From assembly GCA_043228905.1 (NCBI GenBank), contig JBHGNT010000002.1:15748001-15812000 (forward strand): a stretch of DNA of 64,000 nt, given 5' to 3'. Source of the DNA: Azolla caroliniana (taxonomy: Eukaryota; Plantae; Polypodiophyta). Shown piece after piece: positions 39,801 through 49,869 of this stretch. The notes under the pieces are model-generated. The model was not told the DNA's origin and made no database searches. It worked only from the letters and a program-made list of their open reading frames with translations. How positions within the stretch are numbered: the first letter of the stretch is position 1; each line of letters starts with the position of its first letter. The translations under genes and the position numbers were made by a program.

Positions 39801-40740
39801 GCTTGAGGAGGACAAGACTTTATACTTCTTGAAAGTCATGGACATGAAGGATAGACGAGAATTGGGGACTCTTCTCGAAGACAATACCCAAGCAAATGGG
39901 CTTGTAGCGGACTAGATCAAGGTGAAGCGAGCATGCAATAGGCTCGACAAGCGTCGTCAATGGGTTGATGACACCGACTTGGCGGGAGACTATCACGGAG
40001 AAAACGAGACAACCGAAAATAGCTGAGCAGCCCAAACAAAGTAACCCGGAAGAAAAGAAGATCAACGACGACATGATCGAAGAACTAGCAAAGAAGTTCG
40101 AGATGGTCACGCTAGCCAACATGAATCGTCGAGGGCCCAAAGGAAAATAACCCTTTAGATGTGTGTGGTGTGATAGCATGGACCACATGAGAAGAGATTG
40201 TTTGAGACGCCATTCGACAAAATATCGTGTACATGGATGACAACATGATCTGCTCGAGTGAGACTAGGAGACCCCTGCGAGTGAATTTCGGAAGAGGGGG
40301 AATGAAGAAAGCAATGGAGGATGCCGAGGCGACTCATGTGGATGCGATGCACTATGCTGCATTGGCCGGAATAAGAGTCGGGAAAGACAAAAATGAAGCT
40401 GCGAAAGTGGGAGCAAAGTTTTGGTCTTCCATTCTCGAGTATGAGAATATGGGGAAGGTCACATCGAACGAGGTAGAGCTTGCGAACCGAAGCGTGCAAA
40501 GCATAACTGGGTGGTCGGATCCAGTGGATGACAACACCATACTCGCGGAAGTGATGTGCGACAACCACGAGTTGTTCGTTGAAGAAAAGAGAAAAAAAAT
40601 AGAAGAGCAAGGCCCATTAAAAAGACATGAAACAAGGAATGCAAAAAAGAAAGAAGATCCAGAAACGAGTCGAACTTTACAAATGGAGGAAGGAGACGCT
40701 AGCCAAAAAGCGGAGTCGATCAAACGAGTCAAAGAAACGG

Positions 40741-43200
40741 TGTTGTGTGGTTTTTCACACACAATATGAAAACTAGTAAAATAATTATTTAATATTATCT
40801 TAATGTATTCATATAGATAGGTGTCTTCAAGAGTTTCATAGCGTATTTTACTACGCATAAAACGGATAAACAAGTATCAAGCTATGTGAGTGTGAAGTTT
40901 CAAGAAGAAGAAAGAAAAGACAAAACTGTGAGATATCCCACATAGATAGGACAACATTGGAACGTAGGATATATAAGAAAACCAAAACATATTCATTCTA
41001 TCAATGTGTGGAACACAGAATGTTCAAGGTGACTTCGGCTACATTGTGTGGTGTGCACGCATCGGGCATACGCGTGTATGCACGGACGTGATTACGCTTC
41101 GGACGTATGTGCGTATGTGTGTATGCACGGTCGCGTTAACGCTTCGGGCATATGCGCGTGTGCATGGCCATGTGGATGTCTTCGGATGACACGTATGTGC
41201 GTATGCACGGTCGTGTTAACGCTTCGGGCGTATGCGCGTGTGCATGGCCATGTGGACGTCTTCGGATGTACGCACGTGTGCAAGTTTTCGCGTGGACGTT
41301 TCGGACAAGCGCACGGATACATACACGGTGTGGTCAGGACGTGGTATGCACGGTCGCGTTAACGCTTCGGGTGTATGCGCGTATGTGCGTATGCACGGTC
41401 GTGTTAACGCTTCGGGCGTATGCGTGTGTGCATGGCCATGTGGACGTCTTTGGATGACGCGTATGTGCGTATGCACGGTCGTGTTAACGCTTCGGGCGTA
41501 TGCGCGTGTGCATGGCCATGTGGACGTCTTCGGATGTACGCACGTGTGCAAGTTTTCGCGTGGACGTTTCGGACAAGCGCACGGATACATACACGGCGTG
41601 GTCAGGACGTGGTATGCACGGTCGCGTTAACGCTTCGGGTGTATGCGCGTATGTGCGTATGCACGGTCGTGTTAACGCTTCGGGCGTATGCGTGTGTGCA
41701 TGGCCATGTGGACGTCTTTGGATGACACGTATGTGCATATGCACGGTCGTGTTAACGCTTCGGGCGTATGCGCGTGTGCATGGCCATGTGGACGTCTTCG
41801 GATGTACGCACGTGTGCAAGTTTTCGCGTGGACGTTTCGGACAAGCGCACGGATACATACACGGCGTGGTCAGGACGTGGTATGCACGGTCGCGTTAACG
41901 CTTCGAGTGTATGCGCGTATGTGCGTATGCACGGTCGTGTTAACGCTTCGGGCGTATGCGTGTGTGCATGGCCATGTGGACGTCTTTGGATGACGCGTAT
42001 GTGCGTATGCACGGTCGTGTTAACGCTTCGGGCGTATGCGCGTGTGCATGGCCATGTGGACGTCTTCGGATGTACGCACGTGTGCAAGTTTTCGCGTGGA
42101 CGTTTCGGACAAGCGCACGGATACATACACGGCGTGGTCAGGACGTGGTATGCACGGTCGCGTTAACGCTTCGGGTGTATGCGCGTATGTGCGTATGCAC
42201 GGTCGTGTTAACGCTTCGGGCGTATGCGTGTGTGCATGGCCATGTGGACGTCTTTGGATGACACGTATGTGCATATGCACGGTCGTGTTAACGCTTCGGG
42301 CGTATGCGCGTGTGCATGGCCATGTGGACGTCTTCGGATGTACGCGCGTGTGCAAGTTTCAAGCGTACGCGTGCACGGTCGCGTGGACGTTTCGGACACA
42401 TAAACGGCGTGGTCAGGACGTGGTATGCACGGTCGTGTTAACGCTTCGGGCGTATGCACGTATGTTCGTATGCACGGTCGTGTTAACACTTCGGGCGTAT
42501 GCGCGTGTGCATGGCCATGTGGACGTCTTCGGATGTACGCGTGTGTGCAAGTTTCGGGCATACGCGTGCACGGTCACGTGGACGTTTCGGACGAACGCGC
42601 GGATGCGTACATTGCGGCGCGGTTGGGACTTTTGCATGCAGACGAGCGCGTAGTGTACGCATGCGCGCGCTCGTCCGCACACACGCGTGCAACTAAAAGC
42701 AGAGGCCATGCAACTAAAAATAGAGGCCATCCAACTAAAAGTGGGCATGCAAAGTAACATTGGGGAGGGAGGATCAACGAGGAGTTGGATATATGTCCCA
42801 TTTTTTCCCTACTAGTTTTTTTTTCCCCTCTTCCTTCTTCTTCCCTTTGGGTTTTCGAGAAACAAATTATCTCACATATTGATATCAAACTCCTAGCTTT
42901 GGGGACTCGATCTTTCTTGTCAAAAATTATCTCTCGTATTCATATCGGACCACTCCTTGCATGGTTGTTGGCTCCTTTCTTTGAAAAAATAATCTCTCAT
43001 TTCCATACCCAACCCATTGTAACACGATTCTGAAATTATAAAGAATCGATTTTCTTTTGCAATAAAGGAATGATTTGTCTCTCCCACTTGTCTTATGCTT
43101 AAAACTTGCTTGTGTTGTACGTGTTGCACTAAATCCTTCTAGTCCAGAACACCGGCGGTTCCGTCTCACGATCCGCACATAGTGACGGATTTTCACGACA
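40741..43200 (+). mobile_element. Gypsy G5 solo LTR containing a tandem array
   Basis: TG..CGACA ends. The 3' end CGGTTCCGTCTCACGATCCGCACATAGTGACGGATTTTCACGACA matches the G4 LTR end. TSD ACGG at 40737-40740 and 43201-43204. Confidence 0.9.
41060..42620. repeat. CpG-rich, purine-pyrimidine-alternating tandem array with 268-bp period
   Basis: Equivalent ORF starts at 41152, 41420, 41688 and 41956. Core subunit GTATGCACGGTCGTGTTAACGCTTCGGGCGTATGCGCGT. Confidence 0.95.
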
Positions 43201-44400
43201 ACGGTTCGGCCCATGAAGATTGGTGTCGAAGACCCCGCTTGAAAGACAAGGACTGTGTGTACTTATAAGCTAAGGTCGGACATAGAGTAGACGACAGACC
43301 TGAAGAAGATTCTTGAAGAACGCGTTCTTGATAGCCACGTGACTTTGTCCTTCAGGGAATTACTCGGCATTATGAAGAAGGAGTTCCTTGACACGATCGT
43401 GGACCTTGTAAAAAGAAAGAGGCAACAATCGGACGAAGAAGAAGAGAAGCCACAAAAAGCAAAGACAAATGTCATAATGATGGCAAGGGACGAAGTTGAT
43501 GAAGATATGGTGGACAGCCACTATACTCGACCTCATTGGGCACGAGCGACGACGGAAACGCCGGTGAAGATCGGGGAGAAGAAAGAGATTGTGGTAGCCT
43601 TGATCGACCATGGCTCGGAGATCAACCTCATGTCAACCGAGTTCTACAAAAAAGTAAGATGGTCAATCAATACAAACCACGGATGGAAGATTTGAGTGGC
43701 AACAAAGTCTACGGAGGACTTGTACGGAGCTTGTCCCAATGTTAAAGTCACGATCGGGGATGTGGAGATGGATCAACACTTTCGTGAAAGAATCGGCGTC
43801 GCATCCTGTCATCCTAGGACAATCGTATATCACATCATCCCGGATGGAGACCAAGGTGTTTGATAATGGAGCAGCCTTCGCACGAATCAAGAGTCTTGAC
43901 AATCAAAGATTTGTTCAATTCCTAATGGTGCGAGCTAATCATGAAAGAAATCGAGATAGTCTTGGAGGCGAATCCCCGGATTTTTAGAGCGGACTATTGA
44001 AGTATGGGGCACAAATAGTCCGAGCAATCACAAGTCCCCACAAGAAAATAGAGCGTGTGGATTGCGAGGAGAAGCAACATGTGTCACACCTAGTGGCGCA
44101 TGTAAACTAGTACTACCCGACAAGAAGGACAAGCATTGGATGCAAGACTTCGAGAAGATGCTGAAAGAAGAAAACATAATAGAAGAAGAGGAGTTCATGA
44201 CCCATATTATGGAAGAAGCCTCATTTGAAACAGGTAATATGTCGCATTTTAAGAATACTACATCGAAAAAGGGCACAAAACCACGAAGTTTTTTAACATC
44301 TAAAAGTAATTTACAAAGTTTCAGATCATGTAGTAAAACGATCCCAAGCTTGAACCAAGTCAACATTTTAAGACATGTCTGATGGACTGGAAGAGCATTC

Positions 44401-46065
44401 TTACGTCTCATCCTCATCATCAGTGGCAATCAATGCATTATCTTTGTCCAATTCCAAGCCAACATCTTTTTGGTTATGAGAATTGCTTTTGGTTAGTCTC
44501 TGTATATTGTTTGATACCATATTTGGGATTTTCTCCTTTATTATCTTGATGGTGTCTTGGCTTAGATGGCTTGATTTTGTCAATGAGAAGTCGTATACTA
44601 GTATGTCAACACGGTCTAGTGCAAGAGTAGCTGTGCTCGGTATATTCTTTCTTCTTCTCTTTCTGCTTGAACATCTGACATCCTTAACCATCTCTAAAGA
44701 ATACTTTCCCGTAAATACATCAAGTGAAGATGTCTGACACCAGTGGACCACAATTGACTTTGTCTGATTGCCTTCTTCATCTTTCACTAATTCAATAATT
44801 TTTGCAATCCAAAATGGATGGCCCAAGTTATCAACCCCAGCTAATGTTGCGACCAACATTCCAACTTGTAATTCTTGCAAATTACCTTGCCATCTTGCCT
44901 CAACAATACGTGACTTTCTTGGTCCCACGTAAATATCTCTTTGCAGTGGTCAAACTAAATTATGAAGCTCTATATTATTCGATGGTTGATGATGAGTCGG
45001 CGATATCATTGATGGCACCCCAATATTCCATGTGAATGGGTTATGGATTGGCCAAAATCCGGCGATGTAATTATCTAAAATGGTGTGTTGATGGGTGAAG
45101 AAGATCTCCCACCATTCAACATCCTCATCACCAGTGTACTTCTTGGTGCGATCAATATTCTTTTGTTTCTCTTCAAGACATCACAACCAATATGCCCTTT
45201 GTTCATCAATAGAACTATTGGGTGCCACATTTTTATGATCATCATATGGAATTTGTTGTGCACCATGCAGTGGTGCATCTAGGATATGAAGTAGGAGCCT
45301 ACAACCTTCTTGGGGCTCCCATTGTGTACTAGATGAGTATTGTTTTGCAAACAACACCGTCATCTTGAGGTGGGCCGAGGTTTGTTTTATGAGGAAGACA
45401 TGGTTGAAACTTATATTATTAAGAGGTGCAAGCACCCTACATTTAGTCTCATCACCATCCATGCAGAAACGTTTAAAGTCGTACACTTCACTCAAGTGAT
45501 GTACTTCAGGCTTTGGTGTATATGCTTCACTTATCAATTTTGATAGCGTGGTAAGCGTGAAGGAAGAGATTCCATAATTTAAAATGAAGAGATTCGCACA
45601 ACATGTTTTGTTGAAGTCGCAAAGAAGTTGACGATCAGAACATAAAAAATTAAATCTCTTTTCACTAACTTGTCGAGGGATTCTTTTAAATACAAGTGGT
45701 TTACTAATACTACTATTATCTATAGAAGTATCGGACTCCGCTTCTAAGCTTACATGAAAAGGGCCATCAACAAGATCAATTGAAAAAAGAGAATTCGAGG
45801 TACTAGGAGCCTCACTTTTCTATTTCGTACGCAAGCCTTTCGAATGTCTCTTGTAATCATACTCTTCTATTGACAAATACGAGTTGTTGGACAAAGGAAA
45901 GGGGGCAATAGAAAAAAAAGACGTTCTACTTGTAGAAGAATACATTCTCGAAACTATCAAGACAAACTCTGTGGCACTACCATCAAAGGGCTATATACCA
46001 AACTCCTCTATAGAAAAGATTAAGGAACGTTGAATCTTTACTATATAACTATTAGAACTAGACAT
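44401..46065 (-). pseudogene. Putative transposase remnant, catalytic core deleted
   Basis: FTLTTLSKLISEAYTPKPEVHHLSEVYDFK..NHVFLIK..AKQYS..WEP..G resembles the segment that follows GHTHEDID in DUF7869/Sola2-type transposases (from memory). C-terminal PFWIAKI..VVHW..YDFSLTK domain. N-terminal part 45575-46065 is fused directly to this segment. Confidence 0.55.
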
Positions 46066-46270
46066 GAGTTATTGGTTACACTATAACACTTTTTAGGAAG
46101 AGAAATTACAAAAAACATTAATTAAAAATTAATTTTTATTTAAAAAAAACATATATATATATATATAATGAAGTTTCAATTTTCATTTTCATTATCGCGA
46201 CAAAGAATCCATCGAGCTCAGACCACAGACTAATTTCAAGCACTCCGAAGCACGACCTCCGTCAGGCATC

Positions 46271-49200
46271 ATGAACAAGGGAAAGAAGATCGCCAGGTTA
46301 GCAATATTCTTTACATTTTTTAAGATTCTAAGAGATGCCTTAAAGATTCCTTTTCACAATAAGCAATAATCCCCAAATATTTTGTTAAGGAAACACACCA
46401 TCGAATTAAAATGCACTTAAACTTCACTAGATGGTTCAGGAGGAGTCATGTCACAATCAAGGCATTCAACCAAAATCCGATGCACTGCATCGGATTGTGG
46501 TTAAAAAATTGAGTTTTGCAGATAGAAAATTTATGTCCCTCATCACAGTTTTGTCATCATTTTGATACTATTTTTAGTGTTTTGCGTTTAATTGTTCTTT
46601 ATTTTAGTGCTTTCTCCATCGTTTTTGTTCAAATAATATGGTCTTGTTCGTAATTAACCTAAATAGGATGTTGTCTTCATTTCAGTGACTCTCGTCAAAA
46701 AGTTCCTTCGTTTAAACTAAAGATTCACACTCCAACAAAGCGAGATTCTGACTCTTTTGTCAAAGATGTCTCTATAAGAACTCTATTTGACTCAACGGGG
46801 GATGGAACATCTAAGTCTTCTGTTACAACGACCAAAAATAGCAAGGGTGGGGCCTAGGAAGAGAAAACATCTAAACTTAAATATAAGAATTACCCAGAGT
46901 TAGAATGGTGTCTCTCTTATGTCGAGGAAGATGCGGTGCTACTCTTAATAACAGCTAAGTCAGATGGTAAAGGAAAATTGGAGCTTGGAAAAACATTTAA
47001 CTATGGAGATGTAACCAAGCTAGAATATGAAGATAGTGATTCTTCGAGTATTATAATCGATGTCTCGATCTCTGTTGGCTCTAGACGATTGCGTCTTGAC
47101 GAGGGAAACCTAGTAGCAGAATGTTGCAACCCGAAGTCATTACGTAAAGACATTCAAACGATGAACAACTTATTAGTTGCACTGCGTTCGTATGTGACAG
47201 GAGAAATGATGGGCAGTGAAGCACAAACTCCACCAAAAAAGTCTAGAAAGACAAATCCGGTTCATAAGAAATACAACAAACGACCACGACCCGACGAAGA
47301 TGATGAAGAGGTTTTAGAATTTGTGGAGGAAGAAGAAGAGCACCAAGTCGACGTCATGGCTCCGGGAGGTCAACTATCTTCCGGTGTATTGACGTCTGAA
47401 CAAAATAAAATAAGAGAAAATAGTGTTAAGACAAAACTTGTGCGTAAGGGGCAGTTGTTTCATTTGCCAATTACTTCAATCTAGAGACCTCCAATTGATC
47501 CCTTGACTAGAAGACGTCCCCTAGAAATTAGAGGGTTGCACGTTGTCCATGTGCAAAACTTGAAGAGTAAAAGGAAAATTAATCCTCATGCTACTGTCGT
47601 GCCATTTTTAGTAATGGTCGATCAAGATCAATGTCCAACAGTAGCAGACTTCAAGTATAGCTCTGTTGATGATTATACATATTATGTAATTGGAGGATCG
47701 CATTCGGCTAAAGCTCGTAGACAACTTGTAAAAGAATACCCTCTCACCCCCTTCTTTAAGTACGCCGAATATAAAGTATATGTACGACTCACTCACGAGG
47801 AGGCGAAGCTACTAGCATGGGACCATAACAATGATAATGATTATAAGCAAAAGATGTCATGCATTAAAAGGATGAGATTTTTTCATCATGAGTACCTAGA
47901 TGCATTAAATTGTTTTGGCCCAAGGTTGTGGCCTGGTTTGCGTCGCTAGTGTTTACTGGAAGTGGGATTGCAGTGGATGAGAGCACAAAATCAGAAGGGC
48001 TATGAAAATATGATTCCTGGTCTCAACTAGCCTTTCGGACCGGAGAGGTGTGGGATCTCCAGGAAAAAATATTTAGCATGTGGGAGCGAAAAGAGGTCAA
48101 AGGGCAGAGGTCAAAGAAGGGAAGGATTGATCCACACGTTGAGATCAAATCGAAGTCAAAGGGCAAAAGCGACTTGGTAATCGAGGAGTTAGCAGAAGAC
48201 ATGAAACTTTTACCTTGGAGGTCATTACAGGGTATTAAAGATGATAGGCTATTAATATCGGTGCTATCCCGAGTTGTTCCCAAGGAATTTAGTTTGGACG
48301 AGATGGTTACTGAATTGCAAAAGTAAGGGTTTATAGTATACAATGTTTTAGGATATTCTTCTACTATTATTGATTTTTAATTTTTAATTTCATATATATT
48401 GAATAGTCACAAGGTATACATGAAGATTCATGAGTTGATGATGCAAAAATTGAGTTTACCAACGTGGGAAGAAGTGGAGCAAGCCTGCCCGATAACTTCT
48501 TCCTACAAGGCATTGGAGGAATATTTTATTGTTTTTAGAGAAGGGGTATGTGTCATTTGAATGTTAATACATTGAAAGCTAATGTTCTCTCCTAACAACA
48601 TTGACACTTGCAGAAACCATTGAAATCAAAAAAGACCAACGACAATAATGATGGTATTCCAGCTGCCTTGATCACACACTTAGAACGTGCAAAGTATGAG
48701 AAGAGAATGACCAAAGGGAAAGAGATGGAACTGCCTGAGGATTCGGAGACTGTGAAGAGTTTTTTGCATAGGTCCAATCCTTATAAACAGTTACATTATA
48801 GTGTATTTAATGGGGAAGTATCACAAATGCTCGATTTGTTACCGAGAAGGCACTACACTTTGCTGATAGCCAACATACCATATGGATTCCGAATTGCGGG
48901 ATCAACATATGATGATGTGCCTTTCAAGTACCCCCAAATCGAGAAGATGGTAAAGGATTTCGTCGAACTGACATTGGCCCCCTTGTGGAGGATAATCATA
49001 TTCCATAGCATGGGGCAATCACTGTCAGCCACAACAACTCTGAAGTCACGTTGTCATGCCATTGAACACGTGCATTGGTGTGTCACAATTTGTTTTTAAT
49101 CATTATGATACTTGTTATTATATGTTGACATTCATACCTCTAAAACATGATTTTATTTCTCTGTAGGATTAAAACAAATATTACACATGGCCCTGGCGAT

Positions 49201-49869
49201 CGAATGGTTACTATGATTCAATAACAAAGAAGAAGGCTAGAGCACATGTCAACAAGCGTAACGTGGTAAATTATATCATGTGCCCAGCTGTCACAAAAAA
49301 ATTAAGGCATGTTTCAGGTGATAAGAGTATGGTGAATCCTTATCAAAAACCTCAAAGATTGATCAACCGCCTCCTAGAGCTCTTCTCGAATCCAGATGAT
49401 TGGGTCCTAGACTTGTTCTCTGGCATAGGTATATAAAATATATTTACTTTGATTTCTGTCGATCAAGTTTAAGCCTTTAATTCTTATATATACGTGTTCG
49501 TGTTCATGCGGCCATTAGGTACTACAAACAGCTTGTGCATTGAAGATGTTTCGAAATTGTGTTGCGTTGGAGAAGGACCCTGCACAAGTTAACTTCATCA
49601 AAATGAGGATCACAGGAATCTGGGACTATCCAGATCAGGATCAAGAAGTTGGAGCTAAGCACATCAATGAGACAGAGATGTTCCAAATGACTTCACGAGA
49701 ACCAATGGAACCTATTGATGAAGAAGCAGGGGAGCTTGTGGACCTAGAAGATGTAACACAATTTGAACATACATCAGATTCAAGAGAGCGTGGAGATGAC
49801 ACAAACGAGAATAGTCTAGAACAATCAGTGCCTAAAGAGCCTAGTGTGCTAGATTTGCTTATAGATTGA
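46271..49869 (+). pseudogene. Spliced ParB/Srx-like domain plus beta-class N4C/N6A DNA methyltransferase fusion
   Basis: Exons ~46271-46296, 46686-48322, 48407-48545, 48614-49077, 49167-49428, 49519-49869, with GT-AG introns that keep the frame. ParB-like VIGGSHS..ARRQL..LAWDHN. Motif IV LLIANIPYG (NIPY at 48872-48883), WIKTN, NPYQKP, motif I VLDLFSGIG|TT..ALEKD. Three in-frame TAG stops and about three frameshifts. Confidence 0.82.

Noticed and set aside
41060-42620. Possible CRISPR array or repeat-protein genes
   Set aside because: There are no unique spacers. The overlapping ORFs on both strands are by-products of a stop-poor tandem repeat.
44062-44382. 106-aa ORF as a gene
   Set aside because: It is a chimera reading from G4 pol across the transposon TIR.
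46271-49869. Bacterial or phage contamination as the source of the methyltransferase
   Set aside because: Five frame-preserving GT-AG introns, C>T-type decay and its position inside a plant Gypsy element show it is resident eukaryotic DNA.
46271-49869. Functional methyltransferase gene at this locus
   Set aside because: In-frame TAG stops (~46855, 47482, 47947) and frameshifts (~47965, ~49205, ~49527).
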